Positions 1 to 8,528 of a DNA stretch of 64,000 nt are shown piece by piece (within the stretch, counting starts at the first letter, position 1; each line of letters starts with the position of its first letter). The translations under genes and the position numbers were made by a program. A model generated the notes under the pieces. It was not told the origin of the DNA and made no database searches. It worked only from the letters and a program-made list of their open reading frames with translations. This DNA comes from Dehalococcoidia bacterium (lineage in GTDB: Bacteria; Chloroflexota; Dehalococcoidia; Dehalococcoidales; UBA1222): contig WREQ01000001.1 of NCBI GenBank assembly GCA_009779255.1, positions 5,190-69,189 of the forward strand. Direction: 5' to 3'.

Positions 1-545
1 TTGAGCGCCGCTAAAAGCATCGGGGTATTGGCCACCGACTCTTCGGCGGCATTGACCGCTACTTCCATTACGGAAATAACATCATCGCCGTTTTCATCAG
101 CCTGTTTCCGTGAAGCAATTGAAACATCTTTTATTACGGTAAGGATTGTCCCCTCAACAGGATTGCTCAGCCCTTTATATGCGGTATCTGCCGCCTGAGC
201 CAGCGCTACCGCCAAATCTTTACCGTTGAATGAATCCTTATTCTTCAGTCCCTGAGCCAGACCGTTCCATATCTGCGACAATATGACACCTGAGTTGCCT
301 CGCGCGCCCATGAGCGCGCCATCTGCCATCGCCTGTGCGACAGCGGATGCAGACGTTTCGTCGATTTTGTAGGCTTCCTCCACAGTAGAGCGCATGGTAA
401 GAAGCATATTGGTGCCGGTGTCTCCATCAGGAACAGGAAAGACATTCAGTGCGTCTATATCGGAGACTCTTTTTTCCAACCAGTTGGTAGCGGCCGCGAA
501 CATATCACGGAACTGTATCCCGTCAATTTCATTAGGCTGCTTCAT
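1..545 (-). CDS. DAK2-domain protein (YloV-like), N-terminal part; C-terminus lies beyond the window edge
   Basis: Manual minus-strand translation from ATG at 545 gives MKQPNEIDGIQFRDMFAAATNWLEK...NVFPVPDGDTGTNM, typical of DhaL/DAK2 fusion proteins. It is divergent from rpmB, as in many monoderm genomes. It is not in the ORF track because it runs off the window. Confidence 0.8.
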   Translation of the reverse strand, partial: MKQPNEIDGIQFRDMFAAATNWLEKRVSDIDALNVFPVPDGDTGTNMLLTMRSTVEEAYKIDETSASAVAQAMADGALMGARGNSGVILSQIWNGLAQGLKNKDSFNGKDLAVALAQAADTAYKGLSNPVEGTILTVIKDVSIASRKQADENGDDVISVMEVAVNAAEESVANTPMLLAAL

Positions 546-685
546 TATCGGTTAACCCTTTCCTTATTCAAGGATTTCTGTGGCTGCTTCGCTTGTCAAG
601 GAGCGGGGCTTTATGCTAACATTCACCTTTGAGACAAGACATTCTACAACAACTGAAGTTAGCAGTCAAAAGAGAGGAACAATTC

Positions 686-877
686 ATGAAGTGTGATATC
701 TGTGGAAAAGCTGGACAGTTCGGACATAACGTCAGCCATTCCAAAAGGCGAACCAACCGCCGCTGGGTAGCCAACATCCAGCAAGCCAGTGTCCAGTACG
801 ACGGGGAAGTCGCCAAAATAAGTGTCTGCACCCGCTGTCTGCGCACACAGCGGAAGCGATCCAGCGTGACAGTCTAA
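686..877 (+). CDS. rpmB: 50S ribosomal protein L28
   Basis: ORF 629..877 trimmed to the internal ATG at 686 (MKCDICGKAGQFGHNVSHSKRRTNRRW...), with an AGAGAGG SD upstream. Classic L28 sequence. Confidence 0.9.
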   Translation: MKCDICGKAGQFGHNVSHSKRRTNRRWVANIQQASVQYDGEVAKISVCTRCLRTQRKRSSVTV

Positions 878-2250
878 TCATTGTCGGCAAGTATTTCTCT
901 TGCCTTTTTTAACTGAATAGCAACTTGGCCGGGAGCGGTGCCTCCCGGCACTTTTTTAGATGCGGCAGAGGCGGCAGATGAGATGGTTTTAACATCACTG
1001 TCAAACAGCGTGGAAAACAGGCGGTATTCTTCACGAGTCAGTTCGTCCAGGGTTTTACCGGCCTCGACGGCGTAACCCACAAGTTTTCCCGTAATACCAT
1101 GGGCGTCCCTGAAACTCGCGCCTTTTCGCACCAGATAGTCCGCGACATCGGTCGCAAGTATGTACCCTCGACCCAATGAGCGCTGCATATTCCTAGAGTT
1201 GAATTTAAGAGTTCTGACCATACCCGCGAATACATCCAGTGACGCAGACAACGTGTCATGCGCATCAAACAAGGCTTCCTTATCTTCCTGCATATCTCGG
1301 TTATATGACAGGGGCAGTCCTTTCATAGTGACCAATACCCCCATCAGGTGTCCCAGTATTCTTCCGGATTTGCCGCGGCCAAGTTCGGCAACGTCGGGGT
1401 TTTTCTTCTGCGGCATTATGGAGCTGGGGGTGGCGTAAGCGTCGTCCATCTCTACGAAACCGAATTCAGACGATGACCACAGCACCAATTCTTCAGCCAG
1501 CCGCGAAAGATGCATGGCGCAGACACTGGCGCAGGCCAGATATTCTATAACAAAGTCCCTATCTGACACCGCGTCCAAGCTGTTTCCGGTGACTGAGGCA
1601 AATCCAAGCTCGCGAGCCACAAACTCGCGGTCCAGATCATAGGACGCCCCCGCCAGCGCTCCGCTACCCAGCGGCATGACATCCGCCCGTTTATATGCGT
1701 CATTGAAGCGCGCGTAGTCGCGCTGTAGCATTTCGAAATAGGCCAGCAGATGATGCGCCAGTAGCACTGGTTGAGCCGGCTGCAGATGGGTATAACCGGG
1801 CAGCATAACCGTAGCGGCTTCTTCAGCCTGTCCTACAAGGGCGCGCTCAAGATTTCTGATGCCGGATTGGATTTGTCTTATGGCGTCTCGTGTGAAAAGC
1901 CTCATATCGAGTGCCACCTGATCATTGCGCGAACGAGCGGTATGCAGTTTCCCCGCCACAGACCCCACGATTTCGAACAGGCGCGCCTCTATGGCCATGT
2001 GAATGTCTTCAAGCTCCGGCCTGAAAACGAATGTCCCGTTTTCTATCTCATCTAGAACCACGGATAACCCGCCCGCCAAGGCATCGGCTTCGGCAACGGT
2101 AATAATATTCTGTTTTGCCAGCATACGGGCGTGTGCAAGGCTACCTTGAATATCATGCTTGTATAGCCGTTTGTCGAAGGCAAGAGAGGATGTGTATCTA
2201 ACCACGGCCTCCGTAGCCTCTTTTTGCAGGCGCCCGCGTATATGGCTCAT
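874..2250 (-). CDS. argH: argininosuccinate lyase
   Basis: ORF 874..2433 trimmed to M62 (MSHIRGRLQKE), which has an AAGGAAAG SD and abuts the argG stop. Lyase-1 signature SSIMPQKKNPD is present. Confidence 0.93.
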   Translation of the reverse strand: MSHIRGRLQKEATEAVVRYTSSLAFDKRLYKHDIQGSLAHARMLAKQNIITVAEADALAGGLSVVLDEIENGTFVFRPELEDIHMAIEARLFEIVGSVAGKLHTARSRNDQVALDMRLFTRDAIRQIQSGIRNLERALVGQAEEAATVMLPGYTHLQPAQPVLLAHHLLAYFEMLQRDYARFNDAYKRADVMPLGSGALAGASYDLDREFVARELGFASVTGNSLDAVSDRDFVIEYLACASVCAMHLSRLAEELVLWSSSEFGFVEMDDAYATPSSIMPQKKNPDVAELGRGKSGRILGHLMGVLVTMKGLPLSYNRDMQEDKEALFDAHDTLSASLDVFAGMVRTLKFNSRNMQRSLGRGYILATDVADYLVRKGASFRDAHGITGKLVGYAVEAGKTLDELTREEYRLFSTLFDSDVKTISSAASAASKKVPGGTAPGQVAIQLKKAREILADND

Positions 2251-2251
2251 A

Positions 2252-3481
2252 TTACTTTCCTTCTTCCCCATGTTTTTCCGTGACTTTGAAAAGCGGCTGA
2301 GACTCGGCCTGTGTTTTTGCCGGCAGACCGAAGAGCCGTATGAAGCCGGGGGCGTCACTCTGGTCAAATTTGTCGCCCTTTTCATATGTCGCCAGACTAT
2401 GGCTGTACAGAGAGTACGGCGATTTGCGCCCAACTACGGAACATGTGCCTTTGTGCAATTTCAGGCGGACAGTACCGCTCACGAAACGCTGAGTACTGTC
2501 AATATAGGCAGACATGTCAAGCCGGTTGGCAGTGAACCACAGTCCGTCATAGATGAGATCGGCAAACTCAGCCGACACCTTCGCCTTGAAACGTGCCTGA
2601 TCTTTGGACAGCGTGAGATCTTCAAGCGCCTGGTGTGCCGCCAGCAGCAGTACTGCCGCCGGAGCTTCGTAAATCTCCCTGCTTTTGATTCCTACCAGCC
2701 GGTTTTCCACATGGTCGATACGTCCAATTCCGTGCTCTCCGGCCAGTTCATTCAGCCGGCATATCATGGCGGCGCCGACGACGGGGTTGCCGTCAAGAGC
2801 TACCGGAATACCCTTCTCAAAAGTTATCTCGCAATAAGCGGGGAGTTGAGGCGCGTCCGCCGGGGATTTTGTCCATGAGTATACCTCCGCTGGCGGCTCA
2901 ACCCACGGGTCCTCCAGCACACCACTTTCTATGCTTCGCCCCCAAAGATTCTCATCAATTGAGTAAGCATGGCCGCTCTGCACAGGGACAGGTATGCCAT
3001 GTTTTTTCGCATATTGGATGGCCTCTTCACGGGTCATGCCCCACTCACGCGCCGGGGCGATTATTTTGAGCGATGGTGCCAGCGTGTTTATCGCTATTTC
3101 GAAACGCACCTGGTCGTTTCCCTTACCAGTGCATCCATGCGCAATGGTGCCGGCACCTTCTGCAATGGCCACTTCTATGAGTTTCAGGGCAATCAACGGG
3201 CGCGCCAGAGAGGTGGCCAGTGGATAAGCGCCCTCATAAATCGCTCCGGCCTTGAGCATCGGGAAAATATAATCATCGACGAAGTCGTTCCTGGCGTCGA
3301 TTACCGTAGCTTTTACCGCCCCTACCTTCAGGGCTTTTTCGCAAATAGCGCCGAAGTCTTTTTCATTGCCGACATCTACGGTAACGGCAATAACATCCAT
3401 GTCATACTTCTCTTTGATCCATCTGACGGCGACCGAAGTATCCAGCCCGCCTGAGTACGCCAATACCACTTTGTCCGACAT
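2252..3481 (-). CDS. argG: argininosuccinate synthase
   Basis: 409 aa with the N-terminal AYSGGLDTS ATP-PPase motif. Full-length family similarity. Confidence 0.95.
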   Translation of the reverse strand: MSDKVVLAYSGGLDTSVAVRWIKEKYDMDVIAVTVDVGNEKDFGAICEKALKVGAVKATVIDARNDFVDDYIFPMLKAGAIYEGAYPLATSLARPLIALKLIEVAIAEGAGTIAHGCTGKGNDQVRFEIAINTLAPSLKIIAPAREWGMTREEAIQYAKKHGIPVPVQSGHAYSIDENLWGRSIESGVLEDPWVEPPAEVYSWTKSPADAPQLPAYCEITFEKGIPVALDGNPVVGAAMICRLNELAGEHGIGRIDHVENRLVGIKSREIYEAPAAVLLLAAHQALEDLTLSKDQARFKAKVSAEFADLIYDGLWFTANRLDMSAYIDSTQRFVSGTVRLKLHKGTCSVVGRKSPYSLYSHSLATYEKGDKFDQSDAPGFIRLFGLPAKTQAESQPLFKVTEKHGEEGK

Positions 3482-3504
3482 CGCATTCTTCCTTCCAGTT
3501 CTAA

Positions 3505-4695
3505 CTATATATCCTTCAGCGCCGCTTTTAACGCTTTGCGGAGAATATCCAATCCGGTGTTAATCTGCTGGAGCGTTACATTTAGCGGAGGAATCAGGCG
3601 CAGCAGATTCGGCTTGATACTGTTGACCAGCAAGCCCTTTTCCAGGCATGATTGTGCTATCTGGCGGGATATATCCGCGTCAAACTCAATCGCCAGCAGC
3701 AGCCCTCTACCTCTCACATCTCTGATAAAAGCAAAATCATTCTGAAGCGCTTTAAGCCCGCCGAGTAAATTTTTGCCCATTTCCGCCGCATGTGCCGCAA
3801 GATTGTTTTCTGTAATGAATTTCAGCGTGGCGTAACCGGCAGCGCAGGCCAGCGGGTTGCCTCCGAAAGTGGTGCCGTGTTCTCCTTTAGCAAAGACGGA
3901 AGCTTTATCTGTGGCCATGAAAACCCCGATAGGCACGCCTCCGGCCAGTCCTTTTGCCAGTACCAGTATGTCAGGGACAATTCCATCCTGCTCATAAGCA
4001 AACAGGCTGCCGCAGCGTCCGAGTCCCGTTTGCACTTCATCCAGAATCAGCAGTAGGTTATTTTGGTCACACCACTGCCGCACTTTTTTCAGGTACCCCT
4101 TATCCGGTATGTTGACGCCGCCTTCACCTTGCACCGGCTCCAGCAATACGGCGCATGTCTTATTCGAGGTCGCATTCCGAATAGCCTTGATGTCGTTGTA
4201 ATCGACATTCACAAATCCTACAGGCAGAGGTTCGTATGGATATTGAAATTTAGGCTGCCCCGTGGCCGCGGTCATTGCCAGTGTCCGTCCGTGAAAGGAG
4301 TTCTTGGCCGTTATGACCTCGTAGGCGCCGTTAAGGTTGATGTGCCCCCAGCGCCGCGCCAGTTTTACAGCGCCTTCAACGACCTCAGCGCCGCTGTTGG
4401 CGAAAAACACTTTACTCATTCCACTGTGCGCTATCAACAGCTCTGCCAGTTCAATTTGGGGTCTTGTATAATAATTGTTCGATGTGTGGAGAAGGGTTCG
4501 GGACTGTTTCTTCAACGCATCGACAACCGCCGGATGACAGTGTCCCAGGCTGTTTACGGCAATTCCTGAGACGAAATCAAGGTAACGCCGTCCGGCATCA
4601 TCCCATACATAAGCGCCGCGGCCTTTAACCAGTGTCACTGGCATGCGAGCAAATACCGGCATGTATAGTTGTTTTTCAAGTTCAGGCACATTCAT
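3505..4695 (-). CDS. argD: acetylornithine aminotransferase (class III PLP aminotransferase)
   Basis: ORF 3505..4782 trimmed to M30 (MNVPELEKQLYMPVF), 4 nt after the argB stop. LILDEVQTGLGRCG motif is present. Confidence 0.9.
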   Translation of the reverse strand: MNVPELEKQLYMPVFARMPVTLVKGRGAYVWDDAGRRYLDFVSGIAVNSLGHCHPAVVDALKKQSRTLLHTSNNYYTRPQIELAELLIAHSGMSKVFFANSGAEVVEGAVKLARRWGHINLNGAYEVITAKNSFHGRTLAMTAATGQPKFQYPYEPLPVGFVNVDYNDIKAIRNATSNKTCAVLLEPVQGEGGVNIPDKGYLKKVRQWCDQNNLLLILDEVQTGLGRCGSLFAYEQDGIVPDILVLAKGLAGGVPIGVFMATDKASVFAKGEHGTTFGGNPLACAAGYATLKFITENNLAAHAAEMGKNLLGGLKALQNDFAFIRDVRGRGLLLAIEFDADISRQIAQSCLEKGLLVNSIKPNLLRLIPPLNVTLQQINTGLDILRKALKAALKDI

Positions 4696-4699
4696 AAAG

Positions 4700-5500
4700 T
4701 TACTCCACGGGAGATATGGTGGTTCCGCCGCTTTCCGTTTCCACAGCGGTATAGGCGGCGGCTGGATTCCGTCCGTCCACAATGCGGCAGACTACGCCGC
4801 TTTCGGCGGCACGGGCACATGCCTTGAGTTTGGGAATCATGCCGCCGTAAGCCACGCCCGAATCTAGCAGCCCGGCAAGAGATTGCATCGACACATTGCC
4901 AAGAAGTTTCTCTGACGAGTCCCTGATTCCCTCCACATCCGTAAGGAAAATCAGCTTTTCCGCCTTCATCGCCGCCGCGATCTCCCCAGCCACGGTGTCT
5001 CCGTTGATATTTAACAGCAACGGGTCATCAGACTTTTGAATGCCGGAGTTCAGGCTTACGGGTGATATTACCGGAACAAACCCTCCATCCAGAAGCGACT
5101 CAATCACACCAGGATTTACTTTGACAACATCGCCCAGCCAGCCCAGTTTGGGGTCGCGTATTTTGCCTTCGATCAACCCGCCGTCCGCGCCGCTGATGCC
5201 GACCGCTTTCACTCCGGATGCAATCAAAGCTGCGGTGGTTTCCTTATTGGCTAAACCTGCCAGCACCGCCGTAACCACTGAAAGCGCCCGTGAATCGGTA
5301 ATGCGCTCTCCCTGATAAAACTCAGCCCTTAACCCCAAGTCTGCCATCCATTGAGTAACCATTTTGGCCCCACCATGAACCAGCACTAGCCGGTACCCCG
5401 CGCGGGACAGCCGCAACACATCCCTCACTGCCGAGTCTTTACTGTCGATTATAGACCCGCCAAGTTTGATGACAATCAGTTTCTGCGTTTGTTGTGGCAT
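4700..5500 (-). CDS. argB: acetylglutamate kinase
   Basis: 266 aa with IKLGGS and VLVHGGA motifs of the amino-acid kinase family. Lies within the arg operon. Confidence 0.93.
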   Translation of the reverse strand: MPQQTQKLIVIKLGGSIIDSKDSAVRDVLRLSRAGYRLVLVHGGAKMVTQWMADLGLRAEFYQGERITDSRALSVVTAVLAGLANKETTAALIASGVKAVGISGADGGLIEGKIRDPKLGWLGDVVKVNPGVIESLLDGGFVPVISPVSLNSGIQKSDDPLLLNINGDTVAGEIAAAMKAEKLIFLTDVEGIRDSSEKLLGNVSMQSLAGLLDSGVAYGGMIPKLKACARAAESGVVCRIVDGRNPAAAYTAVETESGGTTISPVE

Positions 5501-5509
5501 ATCGTTCCG

Positions 5510-6715
5510 TCAGGTGGTATAGTCGGCATTGATAGAGACATATTCCGCTGAAAGATCGCAGCCCCATGCTATCGCCGCGAAAGAACCCAGATTAAGATCC
5601 AGTTCTATTTTAACTTCACTACCACCAAGTACCCGCACCAGTTCATCATTATCTGCAGGCACGGGCTGCCCATTTGAAAGCACCAGTGCGCCGCCAATGG
5701 CAAGAGACAATTTTTCCAGCACAAAAGCGGCTCCGCTACGCCCGGCTGCGGCCACGATGCGTCCCCAGTTCGGGTCGCAGCCATGCACCGCCGTTTTCAC
5801 TAGCGGCGAAGTGGTTATGACGCGCGCAACCTGCCTGGCGTCTTCAGCGCTGGCTGCCCCTTTGACGGTAACCTCCATGAGCTTTGTGGCTCCCTCGCCG
5901 TCGCGCGCGACGGCTTTGGCCAGATAAATGCATAGCGCGTCAAGGGCTTGCTGGAAACACGCAGCCTCTTCAGAGCCAGCGGTTATCGTCTCACCGCCGG
6001 CAAGTCCGTTGGCCAGCAAAATCACACTGTCACTCGGAGAAGTATCGCCGTCTACCGAAATCATGTTGAATGATTTATTTACCGCTTCCCGCAGCGCATG
6101 CTGAAGAAATCCGGTTTCAACAACCGCATCGGTGGTAATAAAAGACAGCATTGTGGCCATATCGGGATGTATCATGCCGGAACCCTTGGCGACACCGCCG
6201 ATGGTATACCCGCCGCAGACAACCGCGCATTGTTTGGGTATGGTATCAGTGGTCATTATCGCTTTCGCCATCAGATCGCCACCATTGGAGGAAAACTTTA
6301 TGGAAGCGATAGCTGTCTTAAGCGCCTCCAGTGGCAGCCGTTTGCCGATGACGCCGGTACTGGCAATCAGCATCTCGAAAGCATCGATCCCCAGTCTGTC
6401 TGCGGCGGCGGTCAGCATGTTCTGCGCGTCAGGTTCTCCATATTCTCCGGTTCCGGCGTTGGCACAGCCGCTGTTTACCACAATTCCGCGAATGGAGGAC
6501 GACGGCACGCGGGATTGACATAATACTACAGCTGCGGCTTTGAATCCACTGGTGGTGAACACACCGACCGCGTGGCATGGGACAGCGCTTGCCAGCAATG
6601 CCGTGTCAAGATTAAAACGGGCATGCTTGTTTATGCCGGCGTAAGCGGCGCCAGCCGTGAAGCCGGACGGAGAAGTTACGGTTCCGTTTTCGATAAAAGT
6701 AAAATCGGTATGCAT
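5510..6715 (-). CDS. argJ: bifunctional ornithine acetyltransferase / N-acetylglutamate synthase
   Basis: ORF 5510..6769 trimmed to M19 (MHTDFTFIENG). The ATML autoprocessing site (ATMLSFITTDA) is present. Confidence 0.92.
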   Translation of the reverse strand: MHTDFTFIENGTVTSPSGFTAGAAYAGINKHARFNLDTALLASAVPCHAVGVFTTSGFKAAAVVLCQSRVPSSSIRGIVVNSGCANAGTGEYGEPDAQNMLTAAADRLGIDAFEMLIASTGVIGKRLPLEALKTAIASIKFSSNGGDLMAKAIMTTDTIPKQCAVVCGGYTIGGVAKGSGMIHPDMATMLSFITTDAVVETGFLQHALREAVNKSFNMISVDGDTSPSDSVILLANGLAGGETITAGSEEAACFQQALDALCIYLAKAVARDGEGATKLMEVTVKGAASAEDARQVARVITTSPLVKTAVHGCDPNWGRIVAAAGRSGAAFVLEKLSLAIGGALVLSNGQPVPADNDELVRVLGGSEVKIELDLNLGSFAAIAWGCDLSAEYVSINADYTT

Positions 6716-6820
6716 AGGTCGTAACAATATAGCATAGCGGCTTGGCAGCCAACAAACGCTTGAAGACAATAAAGGCGCGGGGAGACGAATGCAGTCCTGA
6801 CGTTATCCGCGGTTTTAAGC

Positions 6821-7120
6821 CTATGTCTTGCTGGGCTGACGGCGGCGGCGCTTCCAGCCCAACATGACCAGCAGTTCGCCGACCGCAGCGTCGCTGGTCT
6901 CGTCTGCAAGCGGCATGTCGGGATGTATGGTGTACTTGTTGCGACGCCCGACTTTGGTTTTGGTGATATAGCCCGCTTCTTCCAGGTCAAGAATGAGTTT
7001 GTGGGCGGTTCTTTCGGTGACGCCCACAGTATCACCAATCTCCCGTGCCGTGCTGCGGGGATATTTGGCAACTGTAGCCAGCACCAACCCGTGGGTCGTA
7101 ATGAAAGACCAGTCAGACAT
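6821..7120 (-). CDS. small winged-helix DNA-binding protein (ArsR/MarR-like)
   Basis: 99 aa. STAREIGDTVGVTERTAHKLILDLEEAGYITK is a clear HTH plus wing. The C-terminus is basic. Confidence 0.7.
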   Translation of the reverse strand: MSDWSFITTHGLVLATVAKYPRSTAREIGDTVGVTERTAHKLILDLEEAGYITKTKVGRRNKYTIHPDMPLADETSDAAVGELLVMLGWKRRRRQPSKT

Positions 7121-7229
7121 AATTTTCGGTTGTAAAAGACGAATGTTATTTCCGGTATCGTCTTTCTACCCTGTGCGACTAGTTTCGCACAATTAAGTCA
7201 GTCGCGTCAAGTACAGGGCTTTCGATATG

Positions 7230-7793
7230 CTACCCTTCGCTGATGGCGACACTGTTTATTACCGGTGGCGTTTGTGGCCGGCTCATCTCGCCGCCGGCAT
7301 AGGTAACAGGCACGGAGGCAATTTTCATCACCACATCCATGCCATCCACCACTTTGCCAAACTGGGTGTAGTTGGGCTGACTATCCAGAAAACGCGCATC
7401 GGGGCCGGTGCAGATAAAGAACTGACTGCCGTTTGTGTCGGGGCCGGCGTTGGCCATGGCCAATATTCCAACATCATAAGGATGTTTGACAGGCAACTCG
7501 TCGGCAAAACGGTAGCCCGGTCCGCCGCGGCCTGTGCCTTCGGGGTCGCCGCCCTGGATCATGAAAGTTTTGATGATACGGTGAAAAACGACGCCGTCGT
7601 AGAATTTTTGTTTTGCCAGGAACACAAAATTATTTGCCGTCAGGGGCGATTCCGAGGCAAACAGCTCAACCTTGAAACTCCCCAAGCTGGTGTCAAAAGT
7701 CGCGGTATATGTTTTGGCGCTGTCGATAATCATGGCTGGAGGGGTGTTCCAGTTTTTGGCGTTACCGGTATCCTGATTATTAATCGTCATCAC
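7230..7793 (-). CDS. ppiB: cyclophilin-type peptidyl-prolyl cis-trans isomerase (cytoplasmic form)
   Basis: 187 aa with FHRIIKTFMIQGGDP and GSQFFI cyclophilin motifs. No signal peptide. Confidence 0.92.
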   Translation of the reverse strand: MMTINNQDTGNAKNWNTPPAMIIDSAKTYTATFDTSLGSFKVELFASESPLTANNFVFLAKQKFYDGVVFHRIIKTFMIQGGDPEGTGRGGPGYRFADELPVKHPYDVGILAMANAGPDTNGSQFFICTGPDARFLDSQPNYTQFGKVVDGMDVVMKIASVPVTYAGGEMSRPQTPPVINSVAISEG

Positions 7794-7805
7794 TGCTCCT
7801 GTATG

Positions 7806-8429
7806 TTAGATTTCTTCAATGGTGATCGAATTGATAACGGGAGGGTCTATCGGGCGGCTATGTTCTCCGCTGGCACTAGCGCCAACCTCTACCCCAGCTA
7901 TCTGCATCACCACATCCATGCCTTCCACTACCCTGCCGAACTGGGTGTAAACAGGGTTGCGGTTGAGTGCCGTACCGGTACAGATGAAGAACTGGCTGCC
8001 TGCAGAATTTGGTTCGTTCTTGTTGGCCATGGCAATAATCCCGGGGTCGTAAGGATGTTTAATCGGCAGTTCGTCGGGTATGGTGTACCCGGGGCCACCG
8101 ATGCCGATGCCGGTGGGATCTCCACTCTGAATCATGAAAGTCTCCATGATTCGGTGAAAAATGACGCCGTCGTAGAATTTCTGTTTTGCCAGGAACACAA
8201 AGTTATTTACTGTTTGAGGCGATTCGGAGGCAAACAGCTCAACTTTGAAACTCCCCAGGCTGGTGTCAAAAATCGCATAGTAGGTTCGTGATTGATCAAT
8301 CTGCATTTCAGGAGGCGCCGTCCACTGCAAGGTGGAATCGGAGGTCTTTGATGTACAGCCGGCCATAGGCGCGACTAACACTGACACGGTCAGCAGGGCA
8401 AGGCATAACTTGTAAATTCGCTGTTTCAT
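7806..8429 (-). CDS. cyclophilin-type peptidyl-prolyl isomerase, predicted lipoprotein
   Basis: ORF 7806..8471. The preferred start is MKQRIYKLCLALLTVSVLVAPMAGC (signal peptide plus lipobox Cys). FHRIMETFMIQSGDP and GSQFFI motifs are present. Start is uncertain by 14 codons. Confidence 0.88.
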   Translation of the reverse strand: MKQRIYKLCLALLTVSVLVAPMAGCTSKTSDSTLQWTAPPEMQIDQSRTYYAIFDTSLGSFKVELFASESPQTVNNFVFLAKQKFYDGVIFHRIMETFMIQSGDPTGIGIGGPGYTIPDELPIKHPYDPGIIAMANKNEPNSAGSQFFICTGTALNRNPVYTQFGRVVEGMDVVMQIAGVEVGASASGEHSRPIDPPVINSITIEEI

Positions 8430-8528
8430 ATCTAAACAATAACCTGTTATGCGTTTTCCGTCAATGCCCATCAGTATCGTCTTCGTATGCTGGTGTTTGT
8501 CCGCGCATTATAATAAAATAGACCAGTT

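Noticed and set aside
1-198. 65-aa plus-strand ORF at the window start
   Set aside because: It is antisense to the DAK2/YloV-like gene, whose translation is clearly recognisable.
7135-7165. Hairpin AAAGACGA-15 nt-TCGTCTTT downstream of ppiB as a terminator
   Set aside because: The stem is only 8 bp and AT-rich with a large loop and a weak U-tract, and it overlaps the likely promoter region of the wHTH gene. This is too weak to call.
7227-8291. 354-aa plus-strand ORF spanning both cyclophilin genes, with an internal repeat
   Set aside because: It is exactly antisense to two strongly recognisable PPIase genes. Its internal repeat only mirrors their tandem duplication. It has no SD and no family resemblance.
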